Shown here one piece after another: positions 6,881 to 16,875 of a stretch of DNA of 32,097 nt. The notes beneath the pieces were generated by a model. The model was not told the origin of the DNA. It searched no databases and saw nothing but the letters and a program-made list of their open reading frames with translations. This stretch comes from a virus (lineage: Duplodnaviria; Caudoviricetes), in the IMG/VR virus record IMGVR_UViG_3300005609_000201, positions 1 to 32,097 of that record. One strand, 5' to 3'. Made by a program: the position numbers and the translations under genes. Within the stretch, counting starts at the first letter, position 1; every line of letters starts with the position of its first letter.

Positions 6881-9800
6881 CTAATCGTGTAATTTAACTA
6901 ATATCCAATCAAATGTACCTGTTAGATAGTCCGAAGCAAGATAAATTATTTTACTAGCACCTAGTAGTTCTCTTTTAACCTGGCTTGCGGGTGAAGTTGT
7001 AGCTACTATCACATTACTAGATATAAAAGTTTGATTAGCGTTTACAAATATAAAAGGACTTCCATCTACTTCTACTTCACTAGAACCTAGCGTTGAATAC
7101 GCTACCATATCAGTCCTTGCAGTTGGATTATCGTTCGCATCTACATTTCTACCTGCACTGCTTACTCCTAAATCATATCTTACTAAAGTTGGCGAAGTGA
7201 AGTTAAAAAAGTATAATTTAAAACTACCTACTCCATATTGTTCTAAATCAACGATTATGTCATTGTCACTGCCACTAAATCCCGTGGCACTTGCTACTAT
7301 TTTACCAAATTGGTTTGAGTAATTAAAAACTTGTTTAATTTTAGTATTTCCAACATCTCTTTTTAATTTAACATTATGATTATTACCAATTGCAAAACCA
7401 TCATAATCTACTGGTGCTAATAATTCAGCTAAACCATCTTTGGAATAAACACCTAAAGTGGTTGGTATAAAAACAGGATTTTCCATATCTTGACTATCTT
7501 CCATTTGACAATTAATTAAATAATTATCCTCGTCAGTATATTTATCATCATTCATCTTAACCTTTAAGTTTTGTATTAAAGGTGGTTCTATATACCATTC
7601 AGTCACCTGTGACTTAAAGATATAAAATTCTGTTCCACCACTTCCTGCTCTAACGATTCTAGTTGTTATGAATCGTGGAGTTATTGTGGTAGTAATTGGT
7701 ATTACAATATCAGTATTGAATGAAGTTGTGGCGTTGCTATAAACAATTTCTGTATTTGAAGAATCATCTTCAAAAGTGATAGTAATTGAAGCCGTCCCCC
7801 CTAAATTACTTCCTATCCTCAATAACATTTCTTTAGGTGTGAAGGTATTGCCCGCCCCTAAATCAATCTTACTATCCATTCCTTCAGCATCTGCAACAAA
7901 AGTGCAGCCAGAACTAGTACCGTTGTTATTATCATATGCGTTCCATGCACTACTTAAAAAACCTACATCTCCAACTGCTGTTCTGCTCGCTACAAATGGA
8001 ACTGGCAAAACATCACTAGTCATTGTATATAATTGACCAGTAGAAGTGTTACCAATCGTTTTAACTACTTCAGCTTGATTAATAAAGTGACCTTGTTTAT
8101 TTTCTGACGTAGAATTTTGCAAGTTCCCAATATCATTATTGTTGCTTGAAATTTCACTAACAAATTCAATATTAGTTTCTCTTTGAGTAATTGATGTACC
8201 ACTAATACTTTCATCATTTTCTATATCTATATTGCTAGAAGCAATACCTCCAGTAATAGTTTCAACAGTACTATTATAATCGTTTAAAATTACATCTCCA
8301 CCATTAGATTCAAACCCTAAATAAATTCTAACAGGAGCTCCAGTTACATCTTGTTCGACTGCTGGTTCATTTATAATAAAATTAACAGAATTTTTTGGTA
8401 CAATATAATCAGTAGTTCCTAATAAAGCATCATCACTAACTCTATATCTATTAACAGTAACTATTCTATCATTAACTTCAGCACCAGTTGTAGTAAATGT
8501 AAATAATCTATTAGCCGTATATAAACCATTTTGATTAATAATAAACTCTTCTAAAATATCATCAAAGTCTAGTATAGCAGCATTAGTTACATTTGACTTT
8601 GTAAAACCAATTCTAGTTTGTTCTACACCATCTAATAATGTTAGATCTGGTGTAGTCAAGTCAACCGTTACTTTAGCTGTTTGTACTGTTTGTGCTTCTA
8701 ATTCATCTATCCTATTATTTGTAACAACAATAGATGAAGTATTATTACTTATATTATTAGCGTTATCATCAATATTACTTTCATTAGCAACAGATCTAAC
8801 ATTAGTTGTATTTAATTGAGTGTCTAGAGAAGTAATAGCATCTTGAGTATTATCATCACTAGTTAGGAAATTAGTACCACTACCATCATAATCAGCATTA
8901 TCAACTTTACCATTCGAATTAGTATCATAAATACTTTTACTCATAGCATCATCAACAGATGTTGTTGTTCTTACAGCTACCGTTGCAAAATCAATAAATG
9001 CTCCAACAACATCAGAAGTTACTCTAGCAGTAATAGTTACAGGGAAAGTAGTTAAAGCTAATATTGCTTGTTCAGTATAAATATTAGTAGGAGAATATGT
9101 TATTATACCATCATTTCCAGCAATAGATTCCGGTATCGTTAAATTAATGGTATTAGCAACAATTCCATTAAATAAAGTTTCAATAGTTATATTTGCAACA
9201 CTTGCCATACTTTCATTTCTAAGTTGCGATGAACTATCTAATGTATAATCTCCTGCCACAACTAGTACAGGATTATTTGAACCATTTGTTGTAATAACTG
9301 ACGGATCATTAGTTATTTCTTTAACAATAACAGGAACAATTGTTGGAGAAGTAGGAATAGCCACCGGTGTAGTTAATGGGTCTACTTCAACTATGGTTTG
9401 AACAACTTCTCCACCAGTTCCACCAACAGCAGTTATCGTAACTTTCCCTCCACCATTATCTGTTACACCTAAATTAGCGTCAAAATTAATAGTGTTAATT
9501 CCAGTTCCTCTTTGAACACCACTATCTTGTATAATAACTTCGTCTAATTTATCTAAAATATCAGCTTGTAATTGAGTGATATCACTTGCATTTTGTGCAA
9601 TATCAGTATCATTATCACCAACTCTACCATCTAAAGCAATAATATCAGCTTCGGCTTGAGTCATTCTAGTGTCTAAATCAGTAGTTGCAGTTTGTAAATT
9701 AGAAATATTAGTTTGATTAGTCGATATCGCATCTGCATTCTGTCCTATATCTAATTCGTTTTGCGTTATATCATCAGTATTTGTTGCTATATTTGTTGCA

Positions 9801-10441
9801 TTTGTACTTGCTATTCCAAAAGTTTCATTAATTGCTACTACTAAATTAGTTTTATCAGTTGTATCTAAATCAGCAATATCACCAGTTATACCTAGAACAA
9901 AGTTTACTGTTGCACTTTGAGGAGTATTACTATTTTGAAATTCTTCATTTATAGAAGAATAATACCAAGTACTATCATTATTTCCATCACCCTCTGCATT
10001 AGTAACAAATGCAAACGCACCATCAACTAATTCTCCCGGTCTTAATGCTGCTTCAGTAAATAATTGTGTTCTAGTAGCAAACACACCACTACCATCAGTT
10101 GGTCCAAAGAAAACTGCTCCTGATATTTTTTGCCTTACAGTATTAAAATCAACAACAAAATTTTTATCTGGGTCGGCTCCACCTTGAATAACAAACTTAT
10201 CTCCAGTAAATAAGTCAAGTGTTGCTTCATAGCTTGCAATAAAATCATTCAATATTACATCTTCTAAATTTGCTTTTTCTTTTAAATCTCCACCAGTCAA
10301 AATAGTGATTTGGTCTTGATTATCATCAACAGCATTAGCCAAGACCGTTCTATCTTGATTTAAATCTTTTGCGACAACAGGAGTTTTACTAGATTGTTTA
10401 CCATCAAAATCAGAAAACGAATTTCTATCTACTTTTGCCAT
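6881..10441 (-). CDS. Tail fibre / receptor-binding protein (~1186 aa)
   Basis: Asn/Ile heptad segments (NATNIATNTDDITQN) alternate with beta-rich domains; LDTTDKTNLVVAINE and MSKSIYDTNSNGKVDNAD are fibre-type motifs. AAAGGAG SD favours ATG 10441. Confidence 0.75.
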   Translation of the reverse strand: MAKVDRNSFSDFDGKQSSKTPVVAKDLNQDRTVLANAVDDNQDQITILTGGDLKEKANLEDVILNDFIASYEATLDLFTGDKFVIQGGADPDKNFVVDFNTVRQKISGAVFFGPTDGSGVFATRTQLFTEAALRPGELVDGAFAFVTNAEGDGNNDSTWYYSSINEEFQNSNTPQSATVNFVLGITGDIADLDTTDKTNLVVAINETFGIASTNATNIATNTDDITQNELDIGQNADAISTNQTNISNLQTATTDLDTRMTQAEADIIALDGRVGDNDTDIAQNASDITQLQADILDKLDEVIIQDSGVQRGTGINTINFDANLGVTDNGGGKVTITAVGGTGGEVVQTIVEVDPLTTPVAIPTSPTIVPVIVKEITNDPSVITTNGSNNPVLVVAGDYTLDSSSQLRNESMASVANITIETLFNGIVANTINLTIPESIAGNDGIITYSPTNIYTEQAILALTTFPVTITARVTSDVVGAFIDFATVAVRTTTSVDDAMSKSIYDTNSNGKVDNADYDGSGTNFLTSDDNTQDAITSLDTQLNTTNVRSVANESNIDDNANNISNNTSSIVVTNNRIDELEAQTVQTAKVTVDLTTPDLTLLDGVEQTRIGFTKSNVTNAAILDFDDILEEFIINQNGLYTANRLFTFTTTGAEVNDRIVTVNRYRVSDDALLGTTDYIVPKNSVNFIINEPAVEQDVTGAPVRIYLGFESNGGDVILNDYNSTVETITGGIASSNIDIENDESISGTSITQRETNIEFVSEISSNNNDIGNLQNSTSENKQGHFINQAEVVKTIGNTSTGQLYTMTSDVLPVPFVASRTAVGDVGFLSSAWNAYDNNNGTSSGCTFVADAEGMDSKIDLGAGNTFTPKEMLLRIGSNLGGTASITITFEDDSSNTEIVYSNATTSFNTDIVIPITTTITPRFITTRIVRAGSGGTEFYIFKSQVTEWYIEPPLIQNLKVKMNDDKYTDEDNYLINCQMEDSQDMENPVFIPTTLGVYSKDGLAELLAPVDYDGFAIGNNHNVKLKRDVGNTKIKQVFNYSNQFGKIVASATGFSGSDNDIIVDLEQYGVGSFKLYFFNFTSPTLVRYDLGVSSAGRNVDANDNPTARTDMVAYSTLGSSEVEVDGSPFIFVNANQTFISSNVIVATTSPASQVKRELLGASKIIYLASDYLTGTFDWILVKLHD

Positions 10442-10465
10442 ATTTTTTTCTCCTTTCAATATTCA

Positions 10466-13300
10466 TTAATTATTTATTCTTCCATTAATCTCTCTAGGTA
10501 TATAACCTACTTGATAAATGAAACCTAAACTTGTAATTCTAACAAAAGCATCTTGTTTATTTCTTATAATTGCTTTTGTTTTAAATACTTCAGGACTATT
10601 CATTATTTCGAAAAATCTAAATGTTTCTTGAACATTTCCTAAAGATGCAATAGCCAATAACCAGTCACCTAATGTAGTAGGAGAGTCACCAGTTACAAAT
10701 GGTGTTTCTTCATCAACCCAAACAGATGTTCTTTCTCCATCTATTTCTTGTATTTCACCAAAACTAGTATTGCTATCAATTATTTTATAATTATCTGCAA
10801 ACACATCTAAGAATAATTCTATTTGTTTATCGGATACACTTGAGAATCCAATTATAAATTCAAATACTCGTTTTAGATATTGTTCCAGATCAAATGAGAA
10901 TAATTTAGTTTCAACTTTCATTTCATATACAAAACTATCATCTATAAATAATCCGATATCAGATATTTCAACAACATCATTTAATGTATCAATTAATGGT
11001 ACTACTTGTTGTTGCATTATCTTTGCTCGATTTGAAATTCCAAACATTTCATCATCATAAACATACATAGCATAGAATCCAACCTCTTTGCTTGTATCAA
11101 GGCTAAAGATACCATTGTAAACATAATGCCATTTAATTATTTTGTTCTTTCTAGGGTAAGATAAATAGTATTTATTATCATATACAATACCACTAGCATC
11201 TTTATCTCTAAAAACAATATTGTTTATTTTATCATCTATTTTAATAACATCTGCTCTACCAGCATCAACTGCAAGTGTATCAACATAATGTAATCCTCTA
11301 TTCGATAAGAATACAGCTTTATCATCATTTGTTATAGCAACACTTTCAGGTGCTATACAACCGATATTTGCGTTAAATGTAACGAACTCACTAAATGGTT
11401 CAAATGGTCTTCCGGGATAAGCAATATCATCACCTTTACCTCTTAGACCAATAGTAGAATTATCTGTAAATCCTAAGATTGTATTTCTCAAAGGTATTAC
11501 TTTTTGTAATGCTTCTTGCCTAATATTATTAAAAGGTATTACTCCACTAGTTGCAAACCAATTAAACTTACCACTAAATGATTTATAAATATTAGTAGTT
11601 CCATTTTTATATAGAACTATCTTCCCATAATAAGTTTCTATCTTAGTACAAGCATTTAATTCATCAACTGTTTTATCTAAATTAAGATTTTCATCAATTT
11701 CAGTAACTTTATAATTACTAATTTGTTTTTGTGAAGTAGGAGTTGGTTGACCAATCTCATTCATTGTAACTCTAATATCATAATTAGTCGCTGTATCTAC
11801 ATTAAATAAAGTTTGTCTACCTGCATCTCCACCTAGAGTCGCTTGTAATTCACTAAAAGTATCATCTTCACTTTTTTTGAACTCCCATTTAAATTCATAA
11901 TCACTTATAACTTTTCCAGTTGCTAATGTTACAAATGCTTTAATTGTAATATCTGTATCTACAACACCTATTGGTTTACTAGTTCTAAATAAGTCAACAC
12001 TAAATGATGTAGTAGCACCTTGTCTATCTTGAATATCATTAAACGGGTCAACAGCTAAAATATTAGCACCACCAAATAAAAACTCTTTTGTTGTAGGTAC
12101 ATAAGGAAAAGTATCCATTTCTTGTGCAACTATTTTTGTTGTTCCATCTCCATTTATTACACCTCTAACAGAAATTAATTTAGTTCCAGTTGCAACAATC
12201 AATTCATTTTCTAATTGTTTAGCTTCTATTACTTCATCATCTTGAAAACTTGTAATAGTATGTATTCCATCAATAGGATAAATTAAATCACTTTCAAATT
12301 GAGTAGGATTTGTATTTTCAGTAAATGTTACATTCACATTTTTCCAATCTGCAATTACATCTGTTTGTATCTGCCCAAAATTCTTTGTACCAAAATTAAA
12401 TTGAGTTGTATCACTTTCCCCTGCTGGATAAAACGCTCTTTTTTCAAAGTCAACTTCTAAACCGTCAAAGAATGTTTTAACATCTCCATTAGTACAATTA
12501 ATTTCAAACTTGTATGTATGAAATTCTCCATCATCATTTCCAATATTTATTATTCTACCATTACCATTATCTATTTGTGCATCAATACCACCCTCAAAAA
12601 TAATAGGTGAGTAAAATGTATTATCTCCTAAAAAGAAGAAGAATATACCACTACTATTAGCTGGTAATGTTTTTATTATCCTCATATCAAATTCAATAAC
12701 TGCAAATGAAGTTTTAATATTTCTTGTTATATCATATCTTAGAGCTTCAAAACTAGTACCTTTTTCTAATGCATTTATTCTTAAAAATCCATCTGGAAAT
12801 ACTTCTGAAAAAGATATAGGTTCTAATGCTGGGTTATCTTCATCGAATTGAGGATTATTATTTTCGGGCCTAACATCTCCAATATATGAAAATGAGTCTA
12901 CCGTTGTCTTTATATCAGAAATATATAACGCTCCATCAACAGCACTTAATCTAGTTTCAAATTTCCTAGCATTGAATAAAGGTAATGAATGATTACCAAA
13001 ATCATATAAATCATCTGAAGTGTATGGTCTTCCTATTAATCTTAGATATCCTTGATGCCTACCATTAAAAACATTAGCATTATATCTACTTTCTATTTCA
13101 CTTGTAGATAGAAAAGGATATTTTCTTTCCAAACTTTCAATTGTTGGAACAATATTTTTGTAACCTAATCTTCTAATTAAAGAAGCACGATTATCAAAGT
13201 CAACATTTTCTAATATTGGAAATTCCTCATTAGCTAACGCATCATTAGAAACGTTTGTTACTAATCCTCCACGAAAACTATTCAAATAGAAATCTTCCAT
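10466..13300 (-). CDS. Tail nozzle / tubular protein B-like (P22 gp10 / T7 gp12 analogue), 944 aa
   Basis: N-terminal FRGGL...LENVDF...LIRRLGY, propeller-type IGCIAPESVA...VFLSNRGLH; size and position after the adaptor gene. Confidence 0.7.
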   Translation of the reverse strand: MEDFYLNSFRGGLVTNVSNDALANEEFPILENVDFDNRASLIRRLGYKNIVPTIESLERKYPFLSTSEIESRYNANVFNGRHQGYLRLIGRPYTSDDLYDFGNHSLPLFNARKFETRLSAVDGALYISDIKTTVDSFSYIGDVRPENNNPQFDEDNPALEPISFSEVFPDGFLRINALEKGTSFEALRYDITRNIKTSFAVIEFDMRIIKTLPANSSGIFFFFLGDNTFYSPIIFEGGIDAQIDNGNGRIINIGNDDGEFHTYKFEINCTNGDVKTFFDGLEVDFEKRAFYPAGESDTTQFNFGTKNFGQIQTDVIADWKNVNVTFTENTNPTQFESDLIYPIDGIHTITSFQDDEVIEAKQLENELIVATGTKLISVRGVINGDGTTKIVAQEMDTFPYVPTTKEFLFGGANILAVDPFNDIQDRQGATTSFSVDLFRTSKPIGVVDTDITIKAFVTLATGKVISDYEFKWEFKKSEDDTFSELQATLGGDAGRQTLFNVDTATNYDIRVTMNEIGQPTPTSQKQISNYKVTEIDENLNLDKTVDELNACTKIETYYGKIVLYKNGTTNIYKSFSGKFNWFATSGVIPFNNIRQEALQKVIPLRNTILGFTDNSTIGLRGKGDDIAYPGRPFEPFSEFVTFNANIGCIAPESVAITNDDKAVFLSNRGLHYVDTLAVDAGRADVIKIDDKINNIVFRDKDASGIVYDNKYYLSYPRKNKIIKWHYVYNGIFSLDTSKEVGFYAMYVYDDEMFGISNRAKIMQQQVVPLIDTLNDVVEISDIGLFIDDSFVYEMKVETKLFSFDLEQYLKRVFEFIIGFSSVSDKQIELFLDVFADNYKIIDSNTSFGEIQEIDGERTSVWVDEETPFVTGDSPTTLGDWLLAIASLGNVQETFRFFEIMNSPEVFKTKAIIRNKQDAFVRITSLGFIYQVGYIPREINGRINN

Positions 13301-13315
13301 AGTAAATCCTCCTTT

Positions 13316-14047
13316 CTAAACCCATCTACTTTCTAATAATTGTTGAGATGGTTCGTTTTCTTGGTGTCTTCTTAAAACAGCACTATCAAATTCTTCTCTT
13401 GTTCTTGAATAGAAACCGTCATATAAAATAGTTTTATTTTCATCTTGCCACGTTTCATAATACTTTTTAATAGCATAATAAGTCAATAACTTATGAAAAC
13501 GTTTTTCAAATGGTAATGTTGTTGTACTTAAATCTAAATTAGTATCTGTTGCATCAAATGGTGGTAATTCTTTATAGTAATAAATTCTAACTTTTATAGA
13601 GTTAGTATTATCTAATAAACTAGATTTAAGAACTAATTTATTCGAAGTATAATCAATGAAATACAAATTGCTTACATTATTATGTGGTAATTGTCTTTGA
13701 TTAGGATGATTTTGAAGTGTTGTTATTTCACTATCACCTAAACTTCTTTGATAAAATAAATATCTTCTATCTCTTATATCAGCTTCAACCTTTACTATTT
13801 GCATAAAATCACTAGGTAGTTGAATTGAATTACCATCAACTTCTAATTGTTCTATAACTCCATTCACATCTCTATCTAATAGAAAAGATGTTGTATTTAA
13901 TTGTGCTTCTAATAGATCTGCTTCTTGTTTAGCAATTTCACTTAAATCTTGTAACATCTCATTGGTCCAAATTAAAAAGTTTTCTTTGTTCAAAACTTTT
14001 CTTATAGTTAATTCTGCACTCTTTTTTAATTCTGATAATTTAGCCAT
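13316..14047 (-). CDS. Head-tail adaptor / tubular protein A-like
   Basis: IQLPSDFMQI, VRIYYYKELP and LPFEKRFHKLLTYYA pattern; located between capsid and nozzle. Confidence 0.65.
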   Translation of the reverse strand: MAKLSELKKSAELTIRKVLNKENFLIWTNEMLQDLSEIAKQEADLLEAQLNTTSFLLDRDVNGVIEQLEVDGNSIQLPSDFMQIVKVEADIRDRRYLFYQRSLGDSEITTLQNHPNQRQLPHNNVSNLYFIDYTSNKLVLKSSLLDNTNSIKVRIYYYKELPPFDATDTNLDLSTTTLPFEKRFHKLLTYYAIKKYYETWQDENKTILYDGFYSRTREEFDSAVLRRHQENEPSQQLLESRWV

Positions 14048-14063
14048 AGTATAACTCCTTTCT

Positions 14064-14489
14064 TTAAAATGCGTTATTATACCCTTTAGCAGTTCTCATT
14101 ACTTCATTAATTGAATTTCTAATTCTCCTTTTAGCCCTTTTAGCCATTTCTGATTGCATAAGGTCATTTTCTCTAGTGAGTTCAATGAATAATTCTTTAC
14201 CATTATGCTTGATACTATTACTGTGCATATATTTCAATACTCTTTCATCTAATTGGTCAAAATAAATATCAGCTTGATGTGTAGTCCAATCATAAAATCT
14301 AGGGAAATAACTTTTTAAACTGTGTATTTCATATCTATCTCTCTCTAAATTTCTTACAATAAATACACTTTCATCAAAGTCTTTAACTCTTTGAGGTAAT
14401 TTATTTGGTGTATTAAAAATAGGCACTAGATTTTTTTCGTTTTTTAGTACGAATTTAATTAATTTTCGGTCTTCTTTTGTAAATTCCAT
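14064..14489 (-). CDS. Hypothetical protein downstream of the capsid gene
   Basis: AAAGGGG SD 7 nt before ATG 14489; has its own promoter. Confidence 0.7.
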   Translation of the reverse strand: MEFTKEDRKLIKFVLKNEKNLVPIFNTPNKLPQRVKDFDESVFIVRNLERDRYEIHSLKSYFPRFYDWTTHQADIYFDQLDERVLKYMHSNSIKHNGKELFIELTRENDLMQSEMAKRAKRRIRNSINEVMRTAKGYNNAF

Positions 14490-14511
14490 AATCAAACCCC
14501 TTTCTTATATT

Positions 14512-14540
14512 ATTATATCATAATAATAATCTTTTACCAA
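14512..14540 (-). promoter_or_regulatory. SigmaA-like promoter for the tail genes
   Basis: TTGGTA-17 bp-TATAAT with TG extension, just past the capsid terminator. Confidence 0.6.
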
Positions 14541-14545
14541 AATAC

Positions 14546-14573
14546 AAAAAAAAGGACTTATAAAGTCCTTTTT
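14546..14573 (-). terminator. Intrinsic terminator after the major capsid gene
   Basis: AAAAAGGACTT-3 nt-AAGTCCTTTTT with an 8-U tract on the minus strand. Confidence 0.85.
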
Positions 14574-14578
14574 AAGTT

Positions 14579-15874
14579 CTAAGCATCTACATCTTCAAGA
14601 ACGTTATTAATTACAAAGTTCGCTCTAGGAGAATCTGTATTCATATTACAGAACTCATACATTCTAAAGTTATATTTTTGACTTGCAGTAAACTTGAATA
14701 CATTTCCATCGAAATCATCGTAAGTCCACTCTTGATAAGTTGGTTTGAACCAAGTTTGTTTTGATAAACCATAACACTTATTCTTAGTCATAAATCTATC
14801 TTTAACGAATGGCATATTATCAAATGTTAAGTAAGAATAACCACCAGCTAATGTAACTGCACCATTCATACCATCTTGAACAGCATTATTATATTGTTTG
14901 AATACTTGTAGTTCATCTTCATATCCTTGTACTACTAAATGTCTAGCAGTAAGTAAATCAATTGGTTTTCCTGAACGAATATCAACGCTATCTTTAGCAC
15001 CTCTTAAAAATCTTTCAGTTAATAAAGCATTTCCACCATCACGTTTAGTTGCTTTATACCACTTGTTAGATGTTCTATCAATTCCGTGATAAGTATTAGC
15101 ATCTTTTGCTAATGCATCTTCAATACCAGTAATACCAATTCCGAAACTACCATTAGTTACAAATACATCACCTTCGGCTACTGCATAAGTACCACCAGTA
15201 GTTGTATCAACAGTACTAACAACACTAATTGTTTGTAAATCTTGGTCTACATCTACAATTTCAATATTATCTGCTTTTAAAGTAGAAGCTGTATAAATAT
15301 CAATAACTAAACCGATGTCATAACGATCTGTATTTTCAACTGGTAACGTTTTTGGAGTTGTAGTAGTTAATGCAAGTGGTAATGTTAATCCAGATGGGTG
15401 AGTTCCACTACCCGGAGTTAATGGGTCAAAGGCTGTAAATTTATCAATTACACCATCTTCACCAGTAACTACTTGTCTAGCCATATCATCTTTAGCAGCT
15501 TCATAAGCAGTTTCCATTTCATCAGCTAATAAATCTTCAAATGCACCATCATCAGTTCCAGCGTGAATTGTTTTTAAATCAATTGCTCCTTGAACTGTTA
15601 AGTTTTTCATATTAACGATTTGTCTTTCTTTACCAGTAGTACTTGGTGATTTATAATTTGCACCATCTGCAATTGCACCAGCACCACCCTGTTTACCTTT
15701 TCTTAATCCGTAAACAGCAAATTTACCTGAAATTTTATTATAACCAACTGATTTCAATTCATTTAAGAAATAGTGACTATCATTGTTCGTATTTTCTCTA
15801 AACGTAGGTAAATAAAATTCGTATAGAGAGTTTTGAATATCTTGTAAGTTAAATTTTGCTCCATCGCCTAACAT
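14579..15874 (-). CDS. Major capsid protein (431 aa)
   Basis: Follows scaffold and portal; strong SD; own terminator; helical segment LLADEMETAYEAAKDDMARQVVTG and C-terminal NMNTDSPRANFVINN fit an HK97-fold capsid protein. Confidence 0.85.
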   Translation of the reverse strand: MLGDGAKFNLQDIQNSLYEFYLPTFRENTNNDSHYFLNELKSVGYNKISGKFAVYGLRKGKQGGAGAIADGANYKSPSTTGKERQIVNMKNLTVQGAIDLKTIHAGTDDGAFEDLLADEMETAYEAAKDDMARQVVTGEDGVIDKFTAFDPLTPGSGTHPSGLTLPLALTTTTPKTLPVENTDRYDIGLVIDIYTASTLKADNIEIVDVDQDLQTISVVSTVDTTTGGTYAVAEGDVFVTNGSFGIGITGIEDALAKDANTYHGIDRTSNKWYKATKRDGGNALLTERFLRGAKDSVDIRSGKPIDLLTARHLVVQGYEDELQVFKQYNNAVQDGMNGAVTLAGGYSYLTFDNMPFVKDRFMTKNKCYGLSKQTWFKPTYQEWTYDDFDGNVFKFTASQKYNFRMYEFCNMNTDSPRANFVINNVLEDVDA

Positions 15875-15892
15875 ATAAGTTCGCTCCTTTTT

Positions 15893-16696
15893 TTAACGAA
15901 GTCCTTGCCTAACATTTTGTTTATCCAATCTAGCTTGTTTCGCTTTTCGCCCTGCTTCTCTAAAACTTTTAGTAGGACCATTGCTTGGTGCAACTGGAGC
16001 TGCACCACCAGAATTTGGCATTGTAGGAGGCAATCCTTCTTGATTTCCATATTTATTTAATTCACCTGCAATCACTTGTTGCCTAATTGCCGGATCATTA
16101 ATAGCTGCTTGTTGCATTTGTTGATTAGTTTGTAATTGTTGTTCTGGACTTTTTGTTAATCCTGAATACATAATCTCACCTAAAGCAACTTTAGCTAAGC
16201 CATTTAAATTTAATTCCATTCTTTTATCTAATGGCATATTATCAATAGCCTTATCTAAAAGTGGTTTAATTTCGTTGAATTTTTCACCTAGAGTATTTTC
16301 CAAGTTTTTATATTCCATATTTTTTCTTGTTTCAAAATCACTAGACATTGCTTTATTATATAAATAATCAAGTCTTGCATCTTTTTGAATTTGTTGTTCT
16401 GTTTTAGTAGTTTCCTGTTTAGGAGGTTCTACTTGCTTACTTCTTAATTCTTTAATTTCATTTTTCAAATTATTGTACTCTCCTTGTAAATGAACATAAG
16501 AATTATGTGCATTAGCAACAGAAGTGTCTTCGCTAGATACTTTGATTCCAGCAAAGTCATAAATTGGTTTAGGTGCTTCTGGACTGCTCGGTTGAGTTCC
16601 ATTTAGTACCTCTGGACTGGCAGGAGTTCCTGCTTCCGGTGTTGTTCCATCATTAAACAATTGAATGTTTAATTTCATTTTTTGGTCATTTTTCAT
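15893..16696 (-). CDS. Capsid scaffolding protein with Prp-type N-terminal motif
   Basis: Between portal and capsid; coiled coil with P/Q-rich linkers; KMKLNIQLF near the N-terminus. AAGGAG SD at 16703-16708 sets the start at 16696. Confidence 0.8.
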   Translation of the reverse strand: MKNDQKMKLNIQLFNDGTTPEAGTPASPEVLNGTQPSSPEAPKPIYDFAGIKVSSEDTSVANAHNSYVHLQGEYNNLKNEIKELRSKQVEPPKQETTKTEQQIQKDARLDYLYNKAMSSDFETRKNMEYKNLENTLGEKFNEIKPLLDKAIDNMPLDKRMELNLNGLAKVALGEIMYSGLTKSPEQQLQTNQQMQQAAINDPAIRQQVIAGELNKYGNQEGLPPTMPNSGGAAPVAPSNGPTKSFREAGRKAKQARLDKQNVRQGLR

Positions 16697-16715
16697 TGTT
16701 TTCTCCTTAATTTTG

Positions 16716-16783
16716 GGTTCTTTATTTAAAATAAACTCCGACTGCCTAAATAGGTTCTTCATTTATAATAAGGTCTGACTGCC
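16716..16783 (-). repeat. Two 31-bp direct repeats (37-bp period) in the scaffold leader
   Basis: 16716-16746 and 16753-16783 match at 26 of 31 positions by manual alignment. Confidence 0.85.
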
Positions 16784-16824
16784 CTTTTTTAGTAAAACAA
16801 TTATATTCAATTGTACTTACTTAA

Positions 16825-16853
16825 ATAATAGCATTGACTTTTGAAAATGTCAA
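16825..16853 (-). promoter_or_regulatory. Strong sigmaA promoter for scaffold-capsid, with overlapping inverted repeat
   Basis: TTGACA-17 bp-TATTAT with TGn; TTGAC...GTCAA dyad covers the -35 box and spacer. Confidence 0.8.
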
Positions 16854-16875
16854 ATTACTGTTTTTATTGAGACAT

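Noticed and set aside
6881-7400. Diversity-generating retroelement or invertible cassette at the fibre tip
   Set aside because: No reverse transcriptase or invertase gene, and no second copy of the fibre 3' region seen in the window.
16716-16783. 31-bp repeats as a mini CRISPR array
   Set aside because: Only two copies, separated by 6 nt; no spacer-length sequence and no cas genes.
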